The notes under the pieces were generated by a model. That model did no database searches. It had not been told where the DNA came from and was given only the letters and a program-made list of their open reading frames with translations. A stretch of 63,474 bases of DNA, filler included, from Platydemus manokwari (taxonomy: Eukaryota): assembly GCA_037951405.1 (NCBI GenBank). It is 6 parts of 6 records of this genome, joined end to end, with 100 filler letters (N's around TTAATTAATTAA, not from the genome) between each part and the next. Parts side by side here need not be neighbours in the genome. Positions count along the whole stretch, not along the records: positions 10,236 to 19,758 come from JBBMOY011237209.1; positions 19,859 to 28,873 come from JBBMOY011314094.1; 4 more parts are not named here. The stretch is one strand, 5' to 3'. Positions 13,201-28,973 of this stretch are shown here, piece after piece; the first letter of the stretch is position 1, and each line of letters begins with the position of its first letter. Position numbers and translations under genes: made by a program.

Positions 13201-16200
13201 TTAATTCAATAAATTTTTCCATTAATGGGTCATCATTCTTATCAATTCTTATTACATAATGTATTAAGCTTATTTATACGAAAGTAATCATATTTACACA
13301 ATCATAATTCTATTTTAATATTAATTTATGTTATAAAAAATATTTTGAATAAATGTATTATTTTAAAAACTCATGTTCAATAATTTTATCATTTTATAAT
13401 ATTTTGAAAACATTTTTTAATTTCATTACATCTTATAAATTTCATGTTATAAATATAATAAAAATAAATTCCATTGTTTAAATATAAAGATTTTCTTATT
13501 AGTTTAATTGAAATAATTTTCTACGACGCATTTCTAAATAGCTTAAAGTTCGTTATAACCAATTCTGATTAGAATGTTTGGCTAGACAAGTCAGTTATTC
13601 TAGAAAAATTATTATTTTACTAGTACGTTATAGATTAATTCTAATTGAATATTATTTCAAAAAGTTTATATTCAAAAACAGGAAATTATCCCAGCATGTA
13701 AACTTTGTGTTTGTCTGGAAGTGTTACAAATAATTTTAAGATAAAAAATATTTGGCCAATATTGATTCATGTTGGCATAATTGAATTAGTGAATGAAAAA
13801 TAGTACATTGTTAAACTGAAATTGTTTATAAAGAATAAATTCTACAATCGCATTGTACATTTTTAATTGAAATCATGAAAAGGATCTATTTTGACTTTGA
13901 TCACTTGGTTGTATAATTTTAATAGCGATTTTTGATGGTCTTGTAACAATTGGCTAAATTATTTTTTTTATTGTTAAAATCTAATGTGTGAGGTAACAAT
14001 TAGAGAATTCGAAATGTAGATGTATAGGAGAAAATGTATTGGTGAATCTGAATTAATTTATTGGCTTTCATAATTACTGTCAATTAATATTGTAAATTAA
14101 AACTTATTCTTATTTGATTTAATTGAAATGTGCTTGATAATTTATGATTTATTCAAATCTGATTGGTTGATATTTTGATTGAGAAATCTCTATGGTAACA
14201 GTTTCATTTTATTCACTGTTAAGAAAATCACATTTAATTTAATCATCCAGTATATGGGAATTCTGATTTTCCATGCTGCTAAATTGCTTTGTGAATTTAA
14301 TGTACAAAATGCTTTAGTTAAAAATCTGGGATTAATTTACAATTGACAAGGATAAGATAGAGTCAATTTCGCTACAGAATTTATTGAATTTAAGTTGAGA
14401 CTATTGTTAATTAGGCTTTGGTTGGTGTCGAGAGATTCCATAACTTTAAATTGTAACATTAAATGTTTTATTTTTATTTGGTTTAATACGATACTGATTC
14501 GTTAAAACACATTTTTAGCGGACTAGGAGTGTGGATATATGCTCTCAGTCGTTATAGTCTATTAATGATGTACTTCTGTACTTTACCTCTTTTATGGATT
14601 ACGCAGCAAATCTGATTACACCACTTTCAGACGAGTAATTATCATCATTAATAACTTAATTTTCTTTTGCACATTCTATAATATCATTGTGGTTTTAAAT
14701 CAGCTATTAGTAGATTAATATTTTTCCTAAATCATATTTTATTACATTATCGGTCACTGTTTTGGACAGTTATGTTTAAAATAATTATAGCTTCAAGACT
14801 ATAGGTATTGATACTATCACTGACAAAACTATTTTCTTTTTTCTCTATGGCTAATATAACAAAATATTTGAGCGGGATTAATAGAATGTTAGTGTATTTT
14901 TAGTAACAAACATACAAGATTTTGAATCGAGTCCCAAACCTTTACACGAGGATAGCCTGTGACATATAATTGTTTGTCATATACAGTCATAACTGTTAAT
15001 GTTTGGCTCTAAAGTAATACAAAAATACACCTTCATCGATATTGAAAACCCGATGAGTATTCTCCAATAAGAACTATAATCATGATTTTTTTTATTTGAT
15101 TATGCTTCATTCTGAATGACAAAATTACTGTTTCACTCATTCTTGCATAGGATTTTTGAACTATAGTTGTTGATGTGCGTTTGTAGTCTGGCTCTAAAAT
15201 GAGTACATAAATTCATGCTTCGATTATAAATCACCGATTTCAGCGACCTAAATAATTTTTGCCAGCATCCCAATGTTGATTTATCTTATTTCAGTATTCT
15301 CATATTCAACAATGGTCATTTTCACCTTTGTAAAATCATTTTGAATTACTTTGGTCATTTGGCTTCAATGTCAATTCTTGCCCGGTTTTATAGAAGCTTT
15401 AAGAGGAAAACGAAACACAAATGACTTTATAAAATTTATTTGTTAATATTAAAATGTAGTCACTTTGACTCAATCGTCAATTTACTTAAAACATTGAATT
15501 GAATCAGACACATCTTGCACCAATAGCTTTACTTTGTCACTGTGCAGTAATCTATATAATAGAGACAGTATTTCTTCCGTCCTTGTCAATAAATCGGCAA
15601 TTTTGCTTCCGCGTCAGTGTTTGACCTGTTGTTGATTTAACCTCGAATATTGAACCTTTGTTTATCTTATTGTCTCTTGGTTATTGTGCTTGAAAGCCGT
15701 TTCAATTGTTTTGAGTGGCATTTGTTTGTTATAGTCATGATTCATTATTATTCATGTTTTGGAGTCAGTCTTCAATCAATTTCACTAGTCACTGTCGATT
15801 ATTAGGCCATTTCAAAATAGTGAAATACCTACAACAATAAAATATATCAACGATTTCTTCATCATAGATATATATTGTATTTTAATACATGCGCACACAC
15901 GATAACCACAATCTATATTAGTCGTACATCAATTACAATTTTATGTCCTGCCAGTTAATTTACGAAGTTCATTAATATTCAAAGATTATTGTAAATGTCA
16001 CCAACGTTTAAAGTCTGGTGCTATGTATTATTATTTCAATATTAACGCTATCGATTGGTATGGTGATAGAGATTGTCCATTGCTCTCGATATTGAAGTGG
16101 TATTATCCAGTATCGTCCTGCTCCATAATAATTTTTGAACAATTACTTTGTCTTTCATATACAGAATGAATATGTTAGTAAATTTAATGCCATAATTTGA

Positions 16201-19200
16201 GTAATATTAGAAGATGTATAAGCACATGATGTCATAATTACACTCTATTTGAAATCAAAACGAAACAACAATATCAATAAAGATATTGACAGATATTAAA
16301 ATTTTCACCTTATTGAAATCTATTTATTATAATGATGTAAAATGGAATAGAGAAAATATATATTTTGTTATGAAGATAACTGAAGGATTATATAGGGCAA
16401 TATAGTCATTTATGATAGTCACGTGGTTTGATATCTCCAAATGGGCTTCAGGAATAGTATGAAGAATAGACTAGGAATTATAGAACTTGTCAATTTGCCT
16501 CAATATGAATACACCGCCAACCAATGCCCATTAGTCCAGATATTCAAATGAAATGACTTCAATTATCAATTCTTTTTATCAAATCACAAAATGCTTATTT
16601 TCATATTATTTAGTATTATGAAAATTATTTTCATCATTCTGTTATCGTAATTCTTTTAATTTTTTCACGATATGTACAACATTAGCGACGAGAAAAATAA
16701 TAATCAACACAACAGTTATAAATGAATTGCAATAAAATGAACTTATAGTCAATTATAATGGGTTTATGTTGGGTTTGTGTGATTTTATAGTGGTTTTTCA
16801 AACTCAACATCGTGAGTTCGCTAATAATATGATTGTAGGTGCTAATTGGTGTGAATACAAGCTTTATTTTTCCTTTTGTTTTGTTTCAATTAGCAAATGA
16901 GAACTCAACAATCTATTTATTATTAAAAAATTTTTTGATTTAATTTATTAAAAAATTCAATCGCGTTATTTCATACAATTAAAGTTAATACCCACACATG
17001 TAGTGAACTTGCAGCGATCGCAAGCACTTGTTTAATACCTTAATGATTTTGAATAAAATAGATTTCTGTGATAATTTAATTTCTATCCAAAAGATAGGAT
17101 CTTATTGGTTGTTTAATTTTTTCTTTATTTATCTTCAATTAAATTTAAATTTATTCATTCCGATTATTATTTCGTTTCAATCGATCTTTATTTTACACTA
17201 AATTTCACTCGATAAATATTACTCGTCATTTTGTGGTTTGAGACTTCACTAATGAACACTTGCCTTTATATGCTTGTTAGACTTGGGTACTTAGCACCCT
17301 GTGATTAATTTATTATTCTATTAAAGCTATCTGAATTTAAATAATTTCGTTACTTATACATGTTTATTTTCTATTTTTAAAATATTGATTATTTATTCAC
17401 TCTGTACCTTTATTTTAATACTTCATTATTATGTAAATTTATTTTATTCATTTCCAAATACTTTATACTGGTGGTTTAAATAATATAAATTTTACAAATT
17501 CATACAAATTCTCATCAAATATAAATGGTACAACTTAATCAAAAATTTATAAAGATAAAACAAATTCATCAAGATATCAAGCAACTGTAATTTCATTTAA
17601 ATTGGTTTGAAATATTGGATTGGGTTTTGGATTACCTATCAGTGAGGTCCACAATTGGTTCAATTTATCTTCTGATGAATCATCCACATTACATCTTCTC
17701 GATTTTCCGCTAAATATCTTTTTCACTTTTCCTTAACTTATGCCTTTCTTTCTTTAATTCGTCTCATTATTTCCAGGTTTTATAGACCCTTCTTTCCCGA
17801 TCGCTTTCAGTTTCTGTTAATCCATATTTTTTGTTACAGTTTCTTATTTTTACGATTTTATTTCGGCTTTCCTCTTCCACTTTGCTCACGTGGTTCATCT
17901 TTTTCATCTTCCTCAATTTCGCTTTCAGAGTACAGCACGAATTTGCCCACTAACTCTTTATTATTTTTAATATTTTTGAATTTTGGATGCCCTCAACAAT
18001 TTTTTAGTGATACTCAAAAATGACCCATGAAGGGTTAGAATTGCCTTCGAGTAAAAGATATTGATTGTATTTACAAAGTTAATGAACGGGAATTTGGTTT
18101 CAGTTAAATATAAACTTTGGTCTGAAACAGATACACACTGAGAATTATTAATCGTAGAATCCGTTGTATGCTTCAGTTAAACAATAAAACCAAAACAGGA
18201 ATAATGCTTCAGTCTAACTGATAAAATGTTAACTGGAATATTATTTCCATTTTAATGCAACAGCAGAGGGTATCGGAATGTGCTTTGATATTTACGAATG
18301 ATATCGATCAGACAAGAATTCAAAGAGCTTAACGAAATGTACGTCGATGTATTATTATTTATTACATACAAATACAAATGGTGATTATGTGACATATTTT
18401 CTTAAGAACAATCGAAATACAAACGCCCCTCAATTCAGATTGAGTTGTTGTGTCAATTATTTCGATTAGGATGAGTTATTGAGAAGATTTGGTGAATTTA
18501 TTATTTGCTAACGGCTTGATTTTTTTTTACAATTTTATTGAATCTCTACGAAAATAAATGTTTATCCATTATCTTGAATTCTTTTTTATAAATATTTACT
18601 TTCTTAAATCCAAACAATATTAAACAATTTTATCTTCATTGTTGCTGCTCAATTAAAAATTCATGTAATTCTTCAACAATAATTACCTAAAATTATGAAA
18701 ATTTTAAAAAATCCTTAAATAAATCTTTTTGTTACATAATTGTAGTGTTTGGTTTAATATAGCTTATATATTTGATGTAACCTGGATCAAAACACATTTA
18801 AATTCATGCGATAATTAAATGAGTATTAAAATTGAGATCTTTAAATTTTATTAATAATAGTTAATTAGTACACCCGATTCCAAAAATTATATGTAAGTTA
18901 TGAACAATATAAATTTATTTATAGAATAAAAATAGAATAAATAGCTTGATGTAATGAAATATAATATTAACAATAATATTCATAATACAATGAATTAAAT
19001 AGAATAACCAAGACAGAATATTCAGTTATTTGGAACCTTAAATCTTTAATTATTTGACTATTGTATGGTTCTGTTATAATAGAACTCAAGATTTTTGTTG
19101 ACCTCTTATGGTTATGCTTTTAATAGCCCTCAATTAATTTTATTGGTGGTTAGGTCTAAAGACACCACAACCACTTTAATCGATTTATTTTTTAGATTTT

Positions 19201-19758
19201 TAGATTTTCAATTTCAATTTTAAAATTTAGATGAACGAGATTCGGTGTTGAAATTATGCTAAATGTGTAGGTCTAGTTGTAAGGATATGGAAATTTTAAT
19301 CAAAAGATTAATTCGTTAAACGTTACTCAAAATAATATACACTTACAGTTTTAATAAGAGGTTCCTGGCAGATAATTGGAATCAATTTGAGATTGTAATT
19401 GATTTCAATTCACAATTCTACTTTTATAATTCTTATAAAAATCTGGAGTACCATATTCCCATTTGATTTCTTTGTTATCTAATCAATAATCGGTTTCATT
19501 ACAGTAGATCACGAATCGTTAAAGAAAATCTTTATTATCCTTGAGATGAATTCTTAGACTGAATAAATTCAAAGAGATTTCAACTGTTATAAATTTTTGG
19601 AGACCTTTTTAAATATTTCGCCTTATTGATATTGATAATTTTTCTGTTGGGATAGCACCACACATAAAACAAACCAAAAAACAAACAAAACAAACCATAT
19701 AAAAACTCCCTAAACCCCATTTAGAATTCATGCCCTGCAATAAATCCCCTATAGAGCC

Positions 19759-19858
19759 NNNNNNNNNNNNNNNNNNNNNNNNNNNNNNNNNNNNNNNNNN
19801 NNTTAATTAATTAANNNNNNNNNNNNNNNNNNNNNNNNNNNNNNNNNNNNNNNNNNNN
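19759..19858. other. Artificial contig spacer
   Basis: Identical 100-nt spacer. Confidence 0.97.
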
Positions 19859-21786
19859 ATTAAATTTATTCATTGAAATACAAATTTTAACTCATTTTTG
19901 TAAAAGCCGGAATCATACTAATACACCTAATATAACTTTTGGTAGTTGCCAAATTAAAATTAAATTATTAGTTATGTAATGTATTTCAGACAATTAATAA
20001 AATTAAATATTCAATGATAAAACATCAAGGATTGACATCGAATACAAGGAAAACTTAAAGAAAGTTAAAACATCAATTGATATCAATATTCGCGCTGATA
20101 AAATATCAATTCACAATTTGATTGTTAAATGTTTACATTGGTCATTATAAATGGGGTTCAACTGATTGAATTCTGGTTCTGATCACCATTATCTGAATTG
20201 TTTGCACTTTTATAATCAAGGTTTTGTATGATATATGATTGTATATAAAGTATTACATTTTATGTTGCTATGGAATATTTGTGATTATATTTCTTGGCGG
20301 TCCCAACTCTTTTGCATTTATATTTTAATTATATTCTTTTAGTTGTATAATATTATTATTTTATCCTGAACTCTTGATAATGTGGAAATTATAAATAAAA
20401 ATAAAAAAGCAATAACGAGGATAATTGGGAAAATAATATGTAATAATAAAATTATAAAAGGTAATAATAATGGATCTTATTAAAAATAAGATAAATAAAT
20501 CCAATGTAGGATTATAGAATAAAATCAAATCAAGAAATTAACTAAAAAGTGACAATTAAATAAAGATGTAAGTCAAATAAGCAAGGCACTGTATAATAAT
20601 TGGGAGATACATAAACTGATACATAAACCAAATCCAGTAAAATAATTTCACATGATAAATTTTTTCAGTAATTTATAAGAAGACCATGACCAGAAAAAGA
20701 TCAATAGTTATAACGTCGGAGTATTCATTGGTAAATATTTTCTTCAGCTATCAGACAATTATAGCATTAATATAATGATCTTAATTTGCCTTAAAATTTT
20801 AAAATATTAGTAATAAAGTCACATTTTAAATAAAAGCTTTTCCTAATATTTCACTAAAAATATTTAATTTTAATTATATTAATTAATAATAAATTAATGA
20901 CAAAATAATTAATAACTAATTAATAATACATTAATTTTTTCACTAATATTTTTTAGCATTATCTTTCTTCAATCTGAAATTTCCCGCTGTTATGCTGTCT
21001 CAACTACTTATTTTACTATTACCTCAATTTTTAAAAATATTTTTTTTTTGTTTTTACAAAGCGTTGTCTCAAATTTTCTTTGTAAATAAAATCTTAATAA
21101 CGTAAATTGTCTTTTTTGTTTTGGGAATCACTTCGGCTATAGTCATATTAATTGTACGTTATATTTAGAACTCTAGTCAGCTGATACTAATACATGACCA
21201 TATAATAATCAGTCAGTAAGAGCTGAGGTTAAATATTAATGTAAATTCAAAGAAATGTTGTTAAATTTTTGGAAATGTTCGATAAAAGATTTGTAGCTTT
21301 CACAGGATCTATTGAAGTCGCTCAGATCTACTGGGGATAAAGATAATAGCAAACCAATATGAAACATTTACTTTTAATATTATTTCTGAAATAATTGATA
21401 TTAATTTAGGGATTCAATATCATTCAAATGTTTTCCACAAGTGCTTTTCATTCCGATGTACATCAAATTCGTATAAAAATATGGTTTATTATTTAAATCT
21501 AATTTATTTAAGTAGCTGTGAAATTTGCGACTACAAATTTTAGTAGAAATACTCAACTAAAGCGATACAAAAATCAATCCGATTTTACTAAACCAGAAAC
21601 GAAACGATTATAGATTTTTAATTTTAAAATTAGAGTTTGTAAAGCGTTTTATAAGATGGTTAAAACCATTACAAATTTTTATTTTCAAACCAAACAGCCA
21701 TTTTGAATTTATTTGTTGATAAAAATATCGATTATTGATTTTATTCAATTTCAAAAAATTTCAAATTCAAATTGTCATGGCTATCA

Positions 21787-21794
21787 TATATAAA
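21787..21794 (+). promoter_or_regulatory. TATA box of the alpha-tubulin gene
   Basis: TATATAAA about 90 nt upstream of the ATG, with an initiator-like ACAGT about 30 nt downstream (~21816). Confidence 0.6.
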
Positions 21795-21878
21795 GCGAAA
21801 ACTTATTTTGACATACAGTATTTTATACAACTTTACTATTTGCTGCGGTAGCAATATTTTGTTTTAAAATTATTTGAA

Positions 21879-23342
<1,464 letters not shown>

Positions 23343-23538
23343 TCGAGTTAGAAATGTGTTTATTAAAATCGTTGAGTTTTTATTAGGGAAGTGTAGATCT
23401 TTATGTTTAATGTGGATTTCTTTGAGTGTCTTATAAATGTGTATTAGTCAAGTTGTTTTTTTTATTATGATTTGGAATTGAAAAAACATATATTGATGCA
23501 ACTAATAAAATCTAAAAAAATGTAGAATATAGAAGTTT

Positions 23539-26500
23539 CTAAATTGGTTTATCTAGAGCATTGAGGTATTTTTCATCAATGAGACGTGGTACCACTTGAT
23601 GCCTAAAAATAAAACAAAGTTATTGTTTTAGTATTTCGAAATTGAAATTCAATAAATAGCCTTAAAATACAATAGTATCCGATTTTATCTTTGAACTTTT
23701 AGAGATCACTACAATAGATGAATTTTATTGTGTCGTGATTTTATGTTTCCTGGATTTTATTTCGTCTATTGTAAGTACAAGACCTGTGTAATCGTTAACT
23801 CAGTTTTTTATAGCACTAGGCTTGTATTGTTTATCTTCAATACTAATTTTAAAGTCTAAATTTATTTTTATTATGTGACATTAGATTACTAACTGATAAA
23901 TTTTTAAGTAAATAAAATGTAAAAATATTTGCCAACAATTGTTTTCTGTTTTGAAAACATAATATTTTTGTTGATTTAAATTTGTAATAAAACTATATAA
24001 AGCTAATCAGAAAAATCTAAATTGAAATTGTTAACGTTATTTTTATTGATATGAATGGATAAAATCATCTTATTAAAACACAAATCAATTTTTAAAATTT
24101 TATTAAATAAATTACTAACGTTTAATCATTATGTATTTTCGCTTATGCTAAATCATATTTCCAAATTAATTTTAAGTATATTTTTTTAATATACACAATA
24201 GTTTTAAAATTTTTCTATAATTTGCATTCTGAGATTACCAAGGAAACGTTGAAAAATAGATTTTACCAAAGGAAATTGCTTACAATAACGCTTTAACATT
24301 AAACAAATGGGCCATTCATCAAGTTGATTTTGAACTTTATTATGAAAATATTTGATTGATTTATTTGAAAATTACCATAATTAATATCGGGTTTAATTAT
24401 AATTCTAATTGAAATTAAATTGATAGTTCATATACCTGAAGAGCATATGAAATAGAAGCAGCAGAGGAAAAACCATTTTTAAATACGGACTAGGAGAAAA
24501 TCCGAGCAAGCAGAGTCCAGCCAGCTGAAATATCTGCAAACCGGTAAATATATGCAATTTTCGTTGAGGAACTCGTCTCAAATAATGAGAAGGTGGATAA
24601 GCAGACTATGATATGAATAAAATTGACGATTAAATATATCTATCTATCTATATACATCGAAAATACATTACTTGTTCTGTGAATAAAAGGAGGATCCTTT
24701 CAAAAAATTGATTTCCATAGAGCGTAGTTACAGCCATGTATACAAATAAACCATCGAGAACAGCTACAGGAATAAATATCAAAGGTTTTGGCAACAATAG
24801 AAGAGAAAGTCCAATAAAAATATGCGATAAAATACTCGTTATCCGTGTTTCTCGGACTTTTACAATTCTATAAAGAAAAAAAATATATAATGAATAATTT
24901 AATTTAATGTAAGATATTTATATTAAGCCATCATACATATGGTCAGATAACAGACTGAAGACTAAAATGTTTAGAGTTTATTAGCGATTTACAAACATTT
25001 AATACTTTTCAACTTTATTCTAAATTTCATTTAGATATCCAGGATCAACCGAAATCACAAATTAGCTCAAATACAGCAAGGTTTCACTGAACGCAACCAA
25101 AGATATCAAAATATGATCAATAAAAAATTATATTTTTTAGAAATTGTTAAAAAATTTTTAAATTATTAAACATGCTATAACCAAAGACACCACTCACAAA
25201 GTCTGATAAATAATGTTAATAATATGATAGTGGTGTTAACCATAAGACTGTTTAGTAAGGGAACATTTATTTACAACAATTAGGGTGTTATATATCATCA
25301 AATTTCTGATAATGTAATCACACCATTAGTAGCAATTGACAGTTGAGCAATCACTAATTACACTTACGAATCTCCCTTACAGATGCAATTCATTTAAAAT
25401 AGAATTAATATTTTTTCTGCACATCCCAAGTACAATAGAGTCTGTAAAAATGAGTCAGCTTTGATTTTCTTGTTTCTTAAGCCATATGACTCGGTGGAAA
25501 TAATGAGAAAAATGTTTTAAAAATGAAATTAGGCTAAAATTTTGTTAGCGTTTTAACAAATATAGACTGACGATTTTTCAAGATTTAGAATTCGAATTGA
25601 TTTAAAAATATGTTTTCGTTTCATTTTCTTTGTAAAATATTTTTAATAAAATTTTCAAAAATTGTTAAAATTGATAATAGCAATATCCATGCTTACATCA
25701 TCATCAAGTCACTTTTTTTTTCATTTTTACATCATTTATTTAATACTAATTTAAAATTGGACTTAATGTTAAGAAAAGAGGTCCTAAAATAAAATTTTAA
25801 AACTGTTGAGTGTATTGCAAAAAGCTATAAAATTTACTTAACTACATTCTTTAAAAACACTTTGAATTTTTGATTTAAGTATTTAAGAAGAATTTTAGTT
25901 GTTTGAAATCAAATATTAAATACTCTAGAGCTTCAAAATCTCCTAAAATTATATTATTTGAAAAATGAATCAAGGTAGGTCAAATTGGACTTTATTGAAA
26001 ATTAGAAGCAAATTGAGAGATACTTATAATCTTTAAAATAATTTTATAAAACAAGCAATACTAGACTATTAAACATGGTAAATAAATCTAAATTTACAAA
26101 ATCTAAAAATCGTGTAAAATTATTGAATAAATAATATTACAATAAGATATCATTTTTATTTATATTATCTATTAAAATTACAACCACAGAAATGACTATT
26201 TTACATTTCCATAATTTTCATTCTTAGAAAGAAATGCTTACTCGAATATAACAAGAATTTTTTAAATTACAAAATAAAATTCAAAATAAATATTAGAAAA
26301 TCAATAAAGTTTTTTGATTTATTTCAAATAAATGACATTCATAGCAGATTATAACTGATATAATCGTACAAATGATACTCCTGTTAAATGGAGGTTTGAT
26401 TCCAAAGTGGCTGATAATAATAATAATAATTAATATTCTCGCCAATCTTAATTATATTTTTTGTTATTTAACAAAACAATTTTAATAACACGAAGCAAAT

Positions 26501-27664
26501 TGAAAATTTCATTTATTTTTCCTTGTCTCAACATCTGTCAACCAACCATTAATCCACCATAGAATTGCAAGAAACAATTTCATTGTTTTAATAATCGATT
26601 TTTCCACAATTATTTTGCAATCACAACTATCGAATTGTCTGCGATTTATATTAATCTCATAATTGAGAAAAAAAAACCCACCAATTCCATCACCACAACT
26701 TACTTTCCTACAACAAATATTTTTTTCCAGCAACTAATTAATTTTTACAGATTTATTGGAACATTCGAATCAAATTAAACAAATATTTGCATTTTTCTTG
26801 ATGGGGATAAAAAAAACGAAAATTATTAACTCTGTTCACGAATGGTTGTTTAGTTTTTGAAGAGTGCTATTGTAAAAAACTCAAGATAAGCATTTGAAAA
26901 AATGAAAAATATTCATTTGAGTTTGAGTTTTTTAAAATTGTATTTTATGATTTAATAATTATTTCTCAGGACTGTTTAATGTAAACCAAATACACATTTG
27001 ATAACAATTTGGACTCGATATCATTTAAAATGGAAACTTCAGCGTTTATGTTCGATAGTTAATGTTTCTATTATGTGCAATGAATATAGGATATGAAAGG
27101 AAATACCAAACATAATAGGGATGAACAGACTGATGATAACTCTTTAGACAAAGCGATCATAAGTTCAAATAGTGCAATACGGATTAAATATCCTATCTAA
27201 TAATCATGAGAAGAAAAGATCTGTTGAATAATTTGAAGTTATTAGTAAATCTTTATACAAAACCACTAACGTTTGATGAACATGGTTACCAGTATCTATT
27301 CTTTCTTCTAGGTCCGATAATGCATTGACATGTAACGGCGAATGAGGCAAAGCACCATGAACCCAAGGTAAACCAAAAACCGATAAACCAGCATTTATAA
27401 CTGCAACTACCAACAAATCCCAGTGGTATGAAGAACCCTTTTTTAATCTAACAAAAACAGTGTCAATGTTATGATTGAGAACAAATAAAATTAACTTATT
27501 TGCAGGAGAATTAACCATGGCACTAGAAATATTCTGGTCCATAAACATTAGTAAGGATAACGGAAATGCTAGACCAGCTGCTCCACCAATAGCCAGCCAT
27601 GGCAATTTGAATATTCCGTTTCCTTCGAATCTTACCTTTTTATCTACTATTACAAATGGCTGCA
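23539..27664 (-). CDS. SLC4A11: SLC4A11-like (bicarbonate/borate transporter family), 3' part only; exons 27664-27496, 27447-27271, 24867-24672, 24605-24436, 23602-23539
   Basis: Spliced translation gives family motifs FMDQNISSAMVNSPANKLKKGSSYHWDLLVVAVIN, GLPWVHGALPHSPLHV, IVKVRETRIT, IPVAVLDGLF, SAYPPSHYLRRVPQRKLHIFT and VPRLIDEKYLNALDKPI*. All junctions are GT-AG and phase-compatible. No 5' exons were found before the spacer at 28874. Confidence 0.92.
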
Positions 27665-28873
27665 CTAAGAAAAGAAAAGGAAAATAAAATCATCCATAAA
27701 TACATTGCAAATAAATGACATGTTTAAAGAGGCTAGCATGAAATCCTTTACAATAAAAATGTATGCAATTTAGTAGATGTTTCTACTCTATCGTTAAAAG
27801 TATTACGAAACTCTTGAAATTAGATGATTTCGTTTTGTATCATCGTTTATTTTATCATTGTAATAGTAATAATGGTCAGTACAAAACGAACCAACGTTCA
27901 GGATAAATCTATTTATGATAGGAAGGTCACCAGTGATAGTAAAGATTGAAAGCCGTGTTTGTTTTAAATCCCGGTGATTGTATTCAAGGAATAATATCAT
28001 TAGATATGATTTTCAATTTCAATTTTTAGAGTAGATACTTGATGATGACTTAAACTCAAAACTGTCTGCAATTAAAATCTAAAAATCTCTTTAATTTCTT
28101 AGATTAAATTATATTGTTCCATGAAAATTTAAATTTTTCAATCCATATAAAAGTTTGAAAAAATTCATTGTTTCTATCAACAATATTTTAGAACAAATTA
28201 TCTTCTGAATTCATTCCACATTAGTAAACAAATGATTTTAATTAATTAAACATATTTCATAATCATTACATCATTAACCAAGTGATTTGGCATTTTATTA
28301 TTCGATTTAAATTATTATGTCTGCTTCTACTGTTTCATTATTCCAAGCAATAATATTTAAACAATTTGATAAAATATCTATTTAAGAAGTAATTTAATTG
28401 GATCGATTTGTAACAATTTTTTTCAAATATTATGTCAAACCAATTCTGAAGAGCGGGAAATTATGATACAAAATTAAACTAGTTCATTTTAAGCAGAAAT
28501 AAATTTATGTTTAAATGCTTTATATGAAATTATTAATGTTCATTGTCAATATTTTATAAAATATGATTTGAAAACGAACATAAAATCTTCAAACTGTAAA
28601 GCAATATTTCATCATAATATTCAAACCAATTAAATTTATCATTGATATTTTTTTCATATCAATAAATTGATTATCTATCTTTTTCGATAAAATATTCAGA
28701 TTTCATGTCATTGAATCCTCCATTTATTTTCTATATTCTGAAATTCTCGATATATGAGTAAGTAACTTTGTGTCGAATTCTCCATATATTTATCTATACA
28801 TACCAGGTTGAGTCAAAAGTTATTCATGTTTTTATGCAGGTATTTTATTAACACAAATTGTTATAACGCTGAA

Positions 28874-28973
28874 NNNNNNNNNNNNNNNNNNNNNNNNNNN
28901 NNNNNNNNNNNNNNNNNTTAATTAATTAANNNNNNNNNNNNNNNNNNNNNNNNNNNNNNNNNNNNNNNNNNNN
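28874..28973. other. Artificial contig spacer
   Basis: Identical 100-nt spacer. Confidence 0.97.

Noticed and set aside
27122-27168. CTGATGA-containing hammerhead-like motif in the SLC4A11 intron
   Set aside because: No proper stem II or GAAA.
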